Source: Octopus bimaculoides (taxonomy: Eukaryota). Taken from it: a DNA stretch of 64,000 nt. The notes beneath the pieces are model-generated. The model was not told where the DNA came from. It was given only the letters and a program-made list of their open reading frames with translations, and searched no databases. Below, one piece after another: positions 39,317-52,982 of the stretch. The translations under genes were made by a program, and so were the position numbers. The stretch spans positions 147,401,671 to 147,465,670 of the forward strand of contig NC_068983.1 of NCBI RefSeq assembly GCF_001194135.2, read 5' to 3'. Numbering within the stretch: position 1 is the first letter of the stretch; each line of letters begins with the position of its first letter.

Positions 39317-39378
39317 GTTGGAGAAGTCTGAATGGAGATAGGGTTTGCAGTAAAGCTAGTTCAGAGCAGTAGACAATG
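39317..39378 (-). CDS. Weak candidate 62 bp exon
   Basis: Acceptor cttatactgtttctacag and donor gtactt; reads IVYCSELALLQTLSPFRLLQ. Confidence 0.3.
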
Positions 39379-39634
39379 CTGTAGAAACAGTATAAGAACC
39401 AGAAAGAATACAAAACAAAGTGCATCTATTGTCGCCTGTTGGCGAGTGAATATCTGCAATAGAGTTGAATGGCCTCCTTTTAGATGCATATCTCAGATAT
39501 GTGAGCAGTGCTCTAATTGCCAGGAATGGGACATGAGCAAATGTAAACAAAATGTTTATATTAGAGCAACGGATAGAAAGACTCATTATTTGTTCTAGCT
39601 ATAAACGCCAAGTTCAACGATGCTTACATGTAAG

Positions 39635-39673
<39 letters not shown>

Positions 39674-39679
39674 GTGTAT

Positions 39680-39782
<103 letters not shown>

Positions 39783-40544
39783 GGGAGCGCACTATGACCA
39801 AGTGGTTGCAAAATCAGCTTTGTAACTACGAATCCCGGGTTCGATGTTATTAGTGCGTGGTAACGTGGGAAAATGATATCTTTTAAAGCCTGACTCGCCC
39901 TATACGTTGTAAGTAATACTGGGTCAGTGGAAACTTTATAGAAGTCCGCCTTCTGATTCAACCTGAGAATTATGTTAAAGGTACATGTGTCCCTGAAATT
40001 CTCAGACACTTATATGTTAATCCGAAGAGCAGGTAATTCTGCCGATCAAACAACTGAATCCTCATTAACGAATAACTGAGATCTAACACGCACACACACG
40101 TATGCACACACACACGCGCACAGACACACACACACATACACACACTTTTAGAAGCAGAGGAACCGAACATGTTGATTTATGAGGAAGATATGGCACGATG
40201 TTATAACCAGATATGAAACAATTCCAATGCAAGGTTGATTCCTTTCTCTCAGCTCTTTTTTTTTGAGGGGGGGGGGGTAGAAATCTAGTGTGGACAGACC
40301 TCAAGTTTAAAATGATGCCCAAAGCATTCCATTTGTCTCGACGGCTCCCATACGACTCAACCACAAGTTGATAGCTCAAATGTAAGTCAAAACAATGTTG
40401 ACTTTTTTGACGTGGCATAATGTTTATAATTATAGGAGAGATGTTTGAATCAATAAAATCGTCCCAGATATGCACCTTAAATGCCAGAAACAGGATACAA
40501 GTTAAACCTAAGAAAAAATTGTTTTTCTCTTTTTTTTTTGTGTG

Positions 40545-40860
40545 GTTTATTGATAAGGGCATTCGGCTCGCGTTCGTAAGGTCGGGTGTTCGATTCCCAG
40601 TGGAGTGTTTTTTCCTTGAGCAAGACACTTTATTTCATGTTGCTCCAGTCCACTCATCTGGCAAAAATGAGTTGTACATGTAATTGAAAGAGATAGCTTT
40701 GTCACATTCTGTGTCAGGCTGAATCTCCCTCAGAACTATGTTAAGGGTACGCGTGTTTGTGGAGTGCTCAGCCACATGCCAGTTAATTTCATGAGCAGGC
40801 TGTTCTGTTGATCGGATCGATTGGAATATTCATTGTCGTAACCGATGGAGTGCTTGTTCG
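40545..40860 (+). mobile_element. Diverged SINE sharing its 3' half with family B
   Basis: Contains GTTCGATTCCC and gaacta.gttaagggtac.cgtgt.tgtggagtgctcagccac...gagcaggctgttc. Confidence 0.7.
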
Positions 40861-42160
40861 GGAATGTATGTATGTATGTATGTATGTATGNNNNNNNNNN
40901 NNNNNNNNNNNNNNNNNNNNNNNNNNNNNNNNNNNNNNNNNNNNNNNNNNNNNNNNNNNNNNNNNNNNNNNNNNNNNNNNNNNNNNNNNNNNNNNNNNNN
41001 NNNNNNNNNNNNNNNNNNNNNNNNNATATGTATGTAGGTGTGCATATATGCAAGCATGCATGTATGTATGTATACATGTATGTATGCGTGTATGTATGTA
41101 TGTATATATGTATGCATGTATGTATACATGTATGTATGTATGCATGTATGTATGAATGTATGTACGTATGTATGTATGTATGTATGTATGTATGTATGCA
41201 TATATGTATGCATGTATGTATGCGTGTATGTATGTATGTATGTATGTATGCATGTATGTATGTATGCATGTATGTATGTATGTATGCATGTATGTATGTA
41301 TGCATGTATGTATGTGTGTGTGTATGTATGTATGTATGTATGTATGTATGTATGTATGTAGGTGCGGAGGTTTTGTGAGTGGTTGAGGAAGGATAGTCTA
41401 GTATACTTTGTTTATTTCTTCTGCTGCTGGTCATTTCAAGTCCAGAAGGTCGTGCTTGCTCATCCTAATAATGAAGACAAGTCGGACGTATGCCTGAATG
41501 AGTTAGAAAAATCTGCTTTATTCGCCCATTCCAGAACTGAAGCTCTGAGTTGCTTTGTTGTAGCTATTATCATTGTTGTGGTTGTTGTTATTATTATTAT
41601 TATTTGGATAGGTTTGTTTTTTTTTTTTTTGCTGTCGATCCATCTGATTTTAGCAATGAAACAAATATAACGCAAAATATATATAAAAAAAAGCGAAAAC
41701 CAAAAACAAAAACAAAAACAGAAAGCCTTCCAACAAACAATAAAGACTAAATATTACGATCTTATGAACACCTGGCTGATCTCTTTAGCGTCGTCTCAAG
41801 TCGAGTAGGTCATTTGGAACAAGGACAGAAGAGAGGCTAAGTCAAGTCAAGCAAGCAATTAAGAAAGAACGAAAAAAACGCATGAGAACAAAATATAACA
41901 AAGGTTAAAAGATTAAAGACAGATGGCAGTGGACAGGCACATCTTAAATGCTGTATGTGTGCTTGTGTATGCTTGTGTGTATGACTGTGTGTATGTGTGT
42001 CTAAACATACATGTAGATATGGTCATTTCAATAGCAGCCATATAAAAAGGATAGTAGTAAGGACAGTATCACCATCAGCACACTGCAATCATCATAAACG
42101 TCGTTGTTGTCATCATCGTCATCATCGACACCACCACCGCCGCCGCCGCCGTCGTCGTCG

Positions 42161-42218
<58 letters not shown>

Positions 42219-42431
42219 TGTGTTCATTGAGCCGAATGACCTATCTATCGAGTTTGGGGCATTGAAGAGAAATAGCAGCCACATTGTCCACAAATCAAAC
42301 CCTACTCTCTTGAAAATAGGGAGAACACAGCAGATAATGTAATTCAAATTACGGCTAAAGATACAAAATGGTCACAGCCGGATTGTTTTTTGGTCAGAGT
42401 TGACTTGGGGCTAGAAGAACATCCGTTTCCA

Positions 42432-43348
42432 GAATCTTTTTGGTTTGACGGGCAACACTTGTTTTCTTAACGAAACACTTTCAAACTTGGGATACTGGTA
42501 GAATGTGTCATACAAAACATCTTTTTCTCTTAGCCTTCTTAACAAAAATTAGTTCTTAATAAGTTATTTCATGTTAAAGTTGTCGTATTTGTGTAATTTC
42601 AACCAATCCCTGACGTCTATTGAGGTGAAAACAATTACTGCCGTAGAATGTAAACAACATATTCTAACGGTGTCATGGGATCTTTTCCCTTGAATAAAAT
42701 TAGTGCCGTTGTTTGTCAACAACAACTATCGGCGGTAGTTNNNNNNNNNNNNNNNNNNNNNNNNNNNNNNNNNNNNNNNNNNNNNNNNNNNNNNNNNNNN
42801 NNNNNNNNNNNNNNNNNNNNNNNNNNNNNNNNNNNNNNNNNNNNNNNNNNNNNNNNNNNNNNNNNNNNNNNNNNNNNNNNNNNNNNNNNNNNNNNNNNNN
42901 NNNNNNNNNNNNNNNNNNNNNNNNNNNNNNNNNNNNNNNNNNNNNNNNNNNNNNNNNNNNNNNNNNNNNNNNNNNNNNNNNNNNNNNNNNNNNNNNNNNN
43001 NNNNNNNNNNNNNNNNNNNNNNNNNNNNNNNNNNNAACAGTACCGCCGATAGTTGTTGTTAACAAACAACGGCACTAATTTTATTCAAGGGAAAAGATCC
43101 TATAACACCGTTAGAATATGTTGTTTACATTCTATGGCAGTAATTGTTTTCACCTCAATAGACGTCAGTGATTGGTTGAAATTACCGAAATACGACAACT
43201 TTTTACATGAAATAACTTTGAATACAAAAATGTTTATCTGTTCTATAACACAAAATATACAAGTATACGAAGTTTGAAAGTGTTTCGGTACCAAAACCAC
43301 TACATAAAACATAAATGAAAAATGTTGCCCGTCAAACCAAAAAGATCC
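42432..43348. mobile_element. Foldback/MULE-like non-autonomous DNA transposon with ~310 bp TIRs and 8-9 bp TSD
   Basis: 42432-42740 is the reverse complement of 43036-43348, with the centre gapped. TSD cgtttcca lies at 42424-42431 and 43349-43356. Confidence 0.85.
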
Positions 43349-43761
43349 CGTTTCCATTCTATCATCATCATCATCATCATCATAGTCGCCATCACCACCA
43401 CCACCACCACCACCACCACCACTAACACCACCACCATTGCCATCACCAACAACAACAACACCATCACCACCACCACCATCATCCTTATCATCATCATTCT
43501 CATCGCCATCACAAAATAGTTGCCAATCTTTCCACCCTGAAGACGGAGGTCGGTTTTACGGTAATTGTTTACTGGTTGCATATCCTTCAGCTCTTGCACA
43601 CTCCATCCATCAACATTACAACTATTACGTAATTCCGGGCCCCCAGAAACAGCTACCGGTCCTGAAGCACTATGCCTTCTCCCCTTAGTTTTCTGCATTT
43701 TTGTACTTTTTCTATGTTTGTTCTGTAAATATATAAATATCTATATGCTTATACACGTGTG

Positions 43762-44582
43762 CTCATGCCGCGCGAGAAAAATTCTTTGTGTGGGCGGTGA
43801 CGCCACCCTTGTTGCGCATGCGTGAAAATTTTTGCGACGGTAGGACGTGCCAGTTCCTGGCTGTTACGCCTAGAGTACACTCGTCGGATTTTCGTTTATA
43901 CGGTAAATAACCGAACGCATCGAGAATAAACTCATGTCACATCACAAGGGATGATAGTCTTCATGAAGTCTGGGTCGTGGTTTATATAGTTCAGCATGTT
44001 CTGAGCGATTTCCATGCGGAATTGCTTCTGCTGCTCCTCCAACAACTTGGGGACGAATTTCTCCAGCACTCTTCGCATGCATAAATCCTCCGTTAAAATG
44101 GAAAGCACTGATCTTGTGTTTATTCCCACTTCATGAGCAATTTTCAGTTTTGTTACGCAACAGTCTTCCATGACTATTCGCCGCACCTTCTAAATTGGTT
44201 CCTCGTTCCGGTGCCTCACTCTCTACTGTGGTGCAGCCATGTTTGAAAGGAGTCGTACCGCTCCTTGATCTGTGTTTTGCCCATAGAATCATCGCCAAAA
44301 GTCTGCTGAATCCTCTGGATGACTTGAACTTGAGAATTAGCAAGCTTTTTTGTAAAATTGATGCGATATCTCTGCTCGACGTGTTCGGTCATCTTGCGTT
44401 AAAACGAAAATCCGACGAGTGCGTACTACACATCTTTGGGCATAACATCCAGAAACTGATACGGCCTACCGATGCGAAAATTTTATTGCATGTACAGGAG
44501 GGGTGGTGTCACCTCCCGACCAAAAGATTTTGCTCATGCGGCATTAGTTTCGGCGGGAAAAATACTTTTTGAACGCATCTCG
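43762..44582 (-). mobile_element. mariner transposon 5' half (TIR + HTH region), capped by an inverted second 5' end
   Basis: TA+CGAGATGCGTTCAAAAAGTA TIR at 44584->44563. ATG at 44392 gives MTEHVEQRY...QIKE, then MRRVLEKFVPKLL...DPDFMKTII (truncated before the DD34D catalytic core). Confidence 0.85.
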
Positions 44583-45099
44583 TATACGTTTACATAAACG
44601 CACACACATACCGAATTCCTGTTCGATGCCCCGTATTCTTATTACAACATATTTTTTGTCTCTCATTTCCTCGTAATATTTTTTTTCTTTTTATGATTTA
44701 TATTTTCTTAACGATTTACGCTCCTTCGTTTCGTGTCAAAACAACCAAAATTGTGATGAATTGCTAACCTACAGTATCTTATTTAATGGAACTAGGTAGA
44801 AAAACCTGGAAAAATAAAACAATAATTCTTTGAAAAATCCCCCCTCCCCACCCAACAACTCCTTCCAAATAAACGAGTATACGAATGGAATGGATACAAA
44901 GAGTCTCGAATCTCTCCTTACACACCAATTTTCATGACTTCCGTCTTCATCAGAAACATTAGTGTAATTCTATATTTCTATTTTCTTTGTTGTTGACTTA
45001 CTTCATTCCATGTCTTGCAGGCTTTCCAATAACTCTTGATGAAAACAAATGTGTATTGGTTCTTTTAGGATTCTTACTTAATGTCATCCTTAAATCTTG

Positions 45100-45153
<54 letters not shown>

Positions 45154-46334
45154 NNNNNNNNNNNNNNNNNNNNNNNNNNNNNNNNNNNNNNNNNNNNNNN
45201 NNNNNNNNNNNNNNNNNNNNNNNNNNNNNNNNNNNNNNNNNNNNNNNNNNNNNNNNNNNNNNNNNNNNNNNNNNNNNNNNNNNNNNNNNNNNNNNNNNNN
45301 NNNNNNNNNNNNNNNNNNNNNNNNNNNNNNNNNNNNNNNNNNNNNNNNNNNNNNNNNNNNNNNNNNNNNNNNNNNNNNNNNNNNNNNNNNNNNNNNNNNN
45401 NNNNNNNNNNNNNNNNNNNNNNNNNNNNNNNNNNNNNNNNNNNNNNNNNNNNNNNNNNNNNNNNNNNNNNNNNNNNNNNNNNNNNNNNNNNNNNNNNNNN
45501 NNNNNNNNNNNNNNNNNNNNNNNNNNNNNNNNNNNNNNNNNNNNNNNNNNNNNNNNNNNNNNNNNNNNNNNNNNNNNNNNNNNNNNNNNNNNNNNNNNNN
45601 NNNNNNNNNNNNNNNNNNNNNNNNNNNNNNNNNNNNNNNNNNNNNNNNNNNNNNNNNNNNNNNNNNNNNNNNNNNNNNNNNNNNNNNNNNNNNNNNNNNN
45701 NNNNNNNNNNNNNNNNNNNNNNNNNNNNNNNNNNNNNNNNNNNNNNNNNNNNNNNNNNNNNNNNNNNNNNNNNNNNNNNNNNNNNNNNNNNNNNNNNNNN
45801 NNNNNNNNNNNNNNNNNNNNNNNNNNNNNNNNNNNNNNNNNNNNNNNNNNNNNNNNNNNNNNNNNNNNNNNNNNNNNNNNNNNNNNNNNNNNNNNNNGAA
45901 ATTAACCATCGATCTGACTACACCTATAAGTTTCAGCGTTTGCTGTCCATCGTGTAATGATAATAATCCAACTTCACTGAGCTGTGCTGAGATAATACGT
46001 ATATTCGTCACTTTATATACCTACCTACCTACATACATACATACATACATACATACATACAGACAGACAGACAGACATACTTACAAACATTATATGTGTA
46101 TATTATATGGCTGTGTGCTTGATTGAGTGTGTGCATATGTATGTGTAAATGCATGTGTGTGTGTGTTTATACATATATACATATACATATACACACACAC
46201 ACCTATATATATATATATATAAAGTCAAAATAAGCAACAAGGATATCCAAAGTTAATGCAATACGATCGTTTCATGCGACTCCATTTAATTAAGCAATGT
46301 GAACATTACATCAAATATAAAATATATATATACA

Positions 46335-46499
46335 TATGGCGTGGGTGTGTGGTAAGCAGCTTGCTTCCAAACCACATGGTTGCGGGTTCGGTCCCACTGT
46401 GTGGCACCTTAGACAAGTATCTTCACCTGTAGCCTCGGGCTGACCAAAGTCTTGTGACTGGATTTAGTAGACGGAAATTGAAAGAAGCCTGTCGTATAT

Positions 46500-46500
<1 letters not shown>
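46335..46500 (+). mobile_element. SINE family A, 5' half
   Basis: Contains ggcgtgggtgtgtggtaagcagcttgc and tggatttagtagacggaaattgaaagaagcc. Confidence 0.8.
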
Positions 46501-46532
<32 letters not shown>

Positions 46533-47460
46533 NNNNNNNNNNAAATTGATTTACAAAGGTACCGTTAATTCTATTATTATCCAATGTCACTATTTTAAGA
46601 ATGATAATAACAGAATCAACGATATAGGCGACTACAAGCCAAAAAATAGCATTAAATAGCCGAGGGATTAAAATTAATTAAAGGACATACTAAGTATGTC
46701 TACCTGCTTGAAATAACAGTCAAAACTCATTATTAAATCGCCAAAAATACACTGGTGATTACTACAGAAATCAAACGAAGGTAAATTTGGTTAAGACAAT
46801 CTACTTACATACATTTAAGTATATGGATTTACGTGGACTAGTTTCTGCATTGGCATAATATGCCTTAGCTTCTTCAGCACGCATTACCAGAAAAGCGATT
46901 CCCAACCTATCCTTCCGAAATCTGTGGCGCTAATGATTCGTTTCGCTCCGAAATTACAGCAGCTTCCCAGTATAAAATAATCTCGTTGCCGAATTACAAG
47001 AAATATAATTTATTAAAAATTAATTTACAAAGGTACCGTTAATTCTATTATCATCCGATGTTACTAGTTTAAGAATGATAATAACAGAATCAACGATACA
47101 GGCGACTGCAGACCAAAATGCTCTTTAAATGCTATATTTTGGCCTGCAATGGGAGTGAACCCGGAACCATGTGGTTGGGAAACAAGCTTCTTACAACACA
47201 GCCATACCGGCTTGCTTCAATGCGCGTGAGTTTGTTTGTGTGTGTGTTTTTGTGTGTGTGTATGTAAGTGTGTGTTAGTGTGTGTGTGCGTGTGCGCATG
47301 CGCGCCCAAAATATGTATTCGATTTATATTCTCTGGAAATCAGTTCTTAAGGAGAATTTCAAATATATAATTTTCGAATATAATTGGTGAGATTAATGAG
47401 GAAGTATTAACAAATAAAAGATAAATGAATAAAACAGTTTGGAATTTTCCCATAGCTTAA

Positions 47461-47670
47461 AGTGGAGGCGCATGACTTAGTGGTTAGGGCGTTGGGCTCA
47501 CGATCGAAAGATTGGGGATCGATCCCAGGATCGGGCGATGCGTTGTGTTCTCAAGCAAAACCCTTCATTTCATGTTACTCCCGTCCACTCAGCTGCTAAA
47601 AATAAGTATTCCCGCAACAGACCGGCGTCCTGTCCAGGGAGGAGTATGTACATCAGAGAAACCGGTATGG
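47461..47670 (+). mobile_element. tRNA-headed SINE related to the family B head
   Basis: Contains gtggaggcgcatgacttagtggttagggcg, gatcgatccc and gtccactcagctg. Confidence 0.65.
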
Positions 47671-48162
47671 CGTAATGTGGACTAACCCAAAGGTTAAAAC
47701 TCACTACGAGTCCTCACACGAATAGTTTCATTTGAGCTTTGTAGCGTATGAGGACTTGCTGAGATTAAGCACCGAAAAAAAATATATATATATATAATAC
47801 TGCGTGAAAGAAGTGACTCTTGATAAAGGCGCGAATGTTTCAAGGTTTTTTTTTTTCGGTAGTTAGGGGATATCCTTGATTCTGAAGCCTAATTAAGAAA
47901 TCATTAATGGCTTGACGTTTATTTTTGATCTTACATTCTCTGGCCGACATCTATGTGACATTTATTTATCCATTTTCTTCTTGGTTCTCTTTATATGTTT
48001 CTTATGCTTTTATTCAATATTTGTTTTCTATTTTCGATTATTAAATTATAATTGATTCATCAGTTGTCAAAAGTCACAATAGGACCCAAGAAAATCGGAT
48101 TAAATCTGTTACTTGACATCTGTCTGCCACCCACAGCTTCTCTTCCCAATTGCTACACTTAC

Positions 48163-48210
48163 GTACACACACGGCTTCTTCTGCCCTTCCCCGGTGAATA
48201 AAAGACATGA
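48163..48210 (-). CDS. Candidate 48 bp exon
   Basis: Acceptor ttcatgttttcgcag and donor gtaagt; all three frames are open. Confidence 0.4.
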
Positions 48211-48659
48211 CTGCGAAAACATGAATTTTATGTTGCTGATCAACTATTAGCAAACCAAACACCTGGTGTCTGACTTTATTTGAACTTCAATTTAGAAAAA
48301 AACTATATCGTTACTAAATTTGCGAATGCTTTACGACAAGAGATAATTTCTCAATAAACTGAGACTACAGACTAGTTTCAGTCTCTGGCGTAAGTGTATA
48401 GTTAAAAAGTTCACGTCGCAGCCACGCGACAACTTTGGTAAGTAACTTTTACGATAGTAACGGATTAATCAATATTTTGTGAGTAGAAATTGATAGACGG
48501 AAAATAGTCGTGAACTNNNNNNNNNNNNNNNNNNNNNNNNNNNNNNNNNNNNNNNNNNNNNNNNNNNNNNNNNNNNNNNNNNNNNNNNNNNNNNNNNNNN
48601 NNNNNNNNNNNNNNNNNNNNNNNNNNNNNNNNNNNNNNNNNNNNNNNNNNNNNNNNNNN

Positions 48660-49088
48660 NTATTCTTTTATTCTTTTACTTGTTTCAGTCATTTGACTGT
48701 GGCCATGCTGGAGCACCACCTTTATTCGAAGAAATCGACCCTAGGACTTATTCAATGCAAGCCTATTCTTATTCTGTCGGTCTTTTCTTATTCTGTCGGA
48801 CGTAAACACACCAGCATCGGTTGTCAAGCGATGGTGGGAGACAACCACAGATACGCAAACACACACACGCACACACGCACACGCACACACACACACACAT
48901 GCACACACACACACACACACACATATATATACACGACGGGCTTCTTTCAGTTTTCGTCTACCAAATCCACTCACAAAGCTTCGGTCGACCCGAGGCTATA
49001 GTAGAAGACACTTGTCCAAAGTGCCACATAGTAGGACTGAATCCGGAACCATGTGGTTGGGAACCAAGCTTCTTACCACACAGCCACG
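48660..49088 (-). mobile_element. Full-length SINE family A
   Basis: Reverse complement of 8573-8984. Confidence 0.85.
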
Positions 49089-49164
49089 ACATACACACAC
49101 GCACAGAGTTGAAAAGAGATTAAGAATCCATACAAATCAAAGGAAATAGGTGAAATGTAAAAGG

Positions 49165-49440
49165 AACAGCACCAAAGTATTCTTTTATTCTTTTATTCTT
49201 TTATTCTTTTATTCTTTTATTCTTTTATTCGTTTCAGTCATTTGACTGCGACCATGCTGGAGCGCCGCCTTTAGTCGAACAAATCGACCCCAGAACTTAT
49301 TCTTTGTAAGCCTAGTACTTATTCTATCGGGTCCTTTTTCCGAACTGCTAAGTTACGGGGTCATAAACACACTAGCATCGGTTGTCAAGCGACAAAAGGG
49401 GGACAAACACAGACACACAAGCATATACATATACATATGC
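49165..49440 (-). mobile_element. SINE family A, 3' half with expanded (TTTTATTC)n tail
   Basis: Reverse complement of the family A 3' half. Confidence 0.8.
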
Positions 49441-49899
49441 ACACACACACACACACACNNNNNNNNNNNNNNNNNNNNNNNNNNNNNNNNNNNNNNNNNN
49501 NNNNNNNNNNNNNNNNNNNNNNNNNNNNNNNNNNNNNNNNNNNNNNNNNNNNNNNNNNNNNNNNNNNNNNNNNNNNNNNNNNNNNNNNNNNNNNNNNNNN
49601 NNNNNNNNNNNNNNNNNNNNNNNNNNNNNNNNNNNNNNNNNNNNNNNNNNNNNNNNNNNNNNNNNNNNNNNNNNNNNNNNNNNNNNNNNNNNNNNNNNNN
49701 NNNNNNNNNNNNNNNNNNNNNNNNNNNNNNNNNNNNNNNNNNNNNNNNNNNNNNNNNNNNNNNNNNNNNNNNNNNNNNNNNNNNNNNNNNNNNNNNNNNN
49801 NNNNNNNNNNNNNNNNNNNNNNNNNNNNNNNNNNTAAAACTTACTTGCAAATGGATGCGTGCGTTCGATGATATAATAATACAAAGGATATATAAGCAT

Positions 49900-50360
49900 G
49901 TATACACACATATATGTACATACTTACATCTCCATGTGTATATAGATGCATAGTCGGGTACAGGACGTTAGAAAAATGAACTACAGACAACGGAACGAAC
50001 ACACAGGAAAACAAATAACCACTTGTGGAATTATTCCTTCATCAGCTGCCTCTATTGTAAACTAGGCGTTTCGAAGATAAGGCAGGACGCACTCTTAGAA
50101 TAGTTTCTTCCTGAGTAGTGGATCAATCCACTAAACAGAGGATTCCAAGGTACCAAACACAAACCAAGACAGGAAAAAATGGACAGTGAAAACAATATTA
50201 AAAAGCCGTGGGGCCAAACGCGAATCGGATATTGAACGCTAGTGATATAACGAAGCTGGACGGAGAAAAAACAGGTTCGTCTCGCCTTTATGGTGGCTGG
50301 AGTGAGAAAGAGATAGGTGATCACAAGTCACATGTGAGCTGAGAGGAGTGGTAGAGTGTA
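49900..50360 (-). mobile_element. Interspersed repeat family P, copy 2
   Basis: Reverse-complement homologue of 2400-2790. Confidence 0.65.
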
Positions 50361-50388
50361 GCTGTCTAGTGGTAAGTGAATTGAACAT

Positions 50389-50620
50389 ATATTTCGTTAT
50401 TGCCCACAGGGGGCTAGTTACAGAGGAGACAAACAAGGATAGACAAAGGGATTAAGTTGATTACAGCGATCCCAGTACGTAACTGGTACTTATTTAATCG
50501 AACCCGAAAGGATGAAAGGTAAAGTCGACCTCGGCGGAATTTGAACTCAGAACATAACGGCAGACGAAATACCGCTAAGAATTTCGCCTGGCGTGCTAAC
50601 GATTCTGCCAGCTCACCGCC
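50389..50620 (-). mobile_element. Full-length SINE family C
   Basis: Reverse complement of the family C head plus a tail ending in gcccctgtgggcaataacgaaat. Confidence 0.85.
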
Positions 50621-51424
50621 ATTAAATTGAACATATAGTCACAAGGATGTAACTATGTGTGGTATTTTTATTTAGACCGTTTTTGTTTTATCGACTGGTT
50701 GTAGATATGCTCACTCGTGTAGCCAGTAGTTCATTTACTGTTGCTTAGTCGCTGATCAGCGCTCACTATTCAGATGTATCACTAAAGGCTTTCGTGACAT
50801 AACCATCCTGTCATATTGTATAAATATAGAGCCTGTTAAATAAGAAAAACTGTTCTTACAAACTGTTTCTTATTAAAAAAAAAAAATTTTTTCCTATGTA
50901 TGGCGACTTTTGAATCACCCTGTGTATTGTACTGTGAATTTCTTTTCATTTTATTTTATGGTTTGAGAAAGATTTTACAGTTGCTTTTAGCAATTCGAAC
51001 ACGGTTCGTTGTGCAGCCTGCATCATACGAAACGAACTGTTTTATGTTCCTTGTAGTTTGCTGTTATTTATTGGGAAATATTGAGGTCCCATGCTCGACT
51101 AGCAGAATTTATACTAGTTCTAATACGTCGCCAGTATATTATTGTGGTTTTTTCGTAGCAGTCAAACGTAGAACGTGTATCTCTGATGGAAGAAGACAAC
51201 AGAGGCGGTAGATTGCTGGTTTAAATGGGGTTTTTTTTCCGACCGGAGTCGATATTACACTTTCATCCTTCAAGGGTTGATAAAATAAATTCCATTCAAA
51301 TATGCAAATTGATTCGATTGACTGTACCATTCAGCTAAAAGTGTGCTTTTCTGTCAACGTCAAAAGCAAGTCAGTCTTACTGCTATTCTTTGTTGTTCTT
51401 GCAGTTTAGGTCAGTTCTGGTGGA

Positions 51425-51575
51425 GTTGATCTATGGTCAAAGTCATCCAGCCATGACCATCTCATATTTTTTCTATATGTTGGAGCTTAAGACTACATTA
51501 TCCAATAGATTTTTAAAACTGTGGGGTATGACTTGAGGGAATTTGGCGTGTATTTCTAGCAGGTCGAATGATCAA
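51425..51575 (-). repeat. Short interspersed repeat family D
   Basis: Contains ccagccatgaccatc, gactacattatccaat and tatttctagcaggtc. Confidence 0.5.
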
Positions 51576-52194
51576 ATAGAATCTCTTTCCACGCCACTGT
51601 TTTTTGACATTGTTGTTGTCATTGTTACTGTAGTGCATTGTTGCTGCCATTCTTGTTTGCCATTACTACTATTGATATTGTAATTGAGTTGGATTTGCTT
51701 CTTTTGTTGTTGCTGCCTTTTTATTAACATTGGTTTTACTGTTGTCACTATTGTGATAGTTCTTGCAAATGCTGAATACTATTTCTGCTGCTGCTGCTGC
51801 TGCTGCTGCTTCCGCGGCTGGTGCTGGTGATAATGGTAGTGAGGATGGTGTCACTGTCAGGATGCTTCCGGTCGTAAAACAATTTCAAAACTCTGTAAAA
51901 TCATCTAATTACACGAAGTTACAGTCCGATGTATGCATGCATAAGAAGCGTTAAATCTTCATTAGCCTCGACAACATTCTCCTTTCGAGTTTTGTTCTTG
52001 TTGTTTTAATATTATTTTCTATTTACTTCTTTGTTTAGAATTTATTTCATCGTATAGCTACAAATTGAGCTTTTCAGATTAAAATTTTTACCCACGGCAG
52101 ATTATATGTAGACACAAATTATACACAGACGCACACATACACAGACAGACAGACAGACACACACACACACACAATACATGCATAAATACATATA

Positions 52195-52243
<49 letters not shown>

Positions 52244-52904
52244 NNNNNNNNNNNNNNNNNNNNNNNNNNNNNNNNNNNNNNNNNNNNNNNNNNNNNNNNN
52301 NNNNNNNNNNNNNNNNNNNNNNNNNNNNNNNNNNNNNNNNNNNNNNNNNNNNNNNNNNNNNNNNNNNNNNNNNNNNNNNNNNNNNNNNNNNNNNNNNNNN
52401 NNNNNNNNNNNNNNNNNNNNNNNNNNNNNNNNNNNNNNNNNNNNNNNNNNNNNNNNNNNNNNNNNNNNNNNNNNNNNNNNNNNNNNNNNNNNNNNNNNNN
52501 NNNNNNNNNNNNNNNNNNNNNNNNNNNNNNNNNNNNNNNNNNNNNNNNNNNNNNNNNNNNNNNNNNNNNNNNNNNNNNNNNNNNNNNNNNNNNNNNNNNN
52601 NNNNNNNNNNNNNNNNNNNNNNNNNNNNNNNNNNNNNNNNNNNNNNNNNNNNNNNNNNNNNNNNNNNNNNNNNNNNNNNNNNNNNNNNNNNNNNNNNNNN
52701 NNNNNNNNNNNNNNNNNNNNNNNNNNNNNNNNNNNNNNNNNNNNNNNNNNNNNNNNNNNNNNNNNNNNNNNNNNNNNNNNNNNNNNNNNNNNNNNNNNNN
52801 NNNNNNNNNNNNNNNNNNNNNNNNNNNNNNNNNNNNNNNNNNNNNNNNNNNNNNNNNNNNNNNNNNNNNNNNNNNNNNNNNNNNNNNNNNNNNNNNNNNN
52901 NNNN

Positions 52905-52970
<66 letters not shown>

Positions 52971-52982
52971 TATTGATATATA

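Noticed and set aside
40861-41360. Regularly spaced repeats that might suggest a CRISPR-like array
   Set aside because: Degenerate (ATGT)n microsatellite without unique spacers, in a eukaryotic context.
41997-42230. His/Arg-rich 77 aa ORF
   Set aside because: Product of (CAT)n/(CGT)n tracts; no splice or homology support.
44915-44955. Minus-strand CTGATGA-a-gac-ggaa-gtc-at-GAAA hammerhead-like motif
   Set aside because: An extra AT precedes GAAA and there is no convincing stem III, NUH site or stem I.
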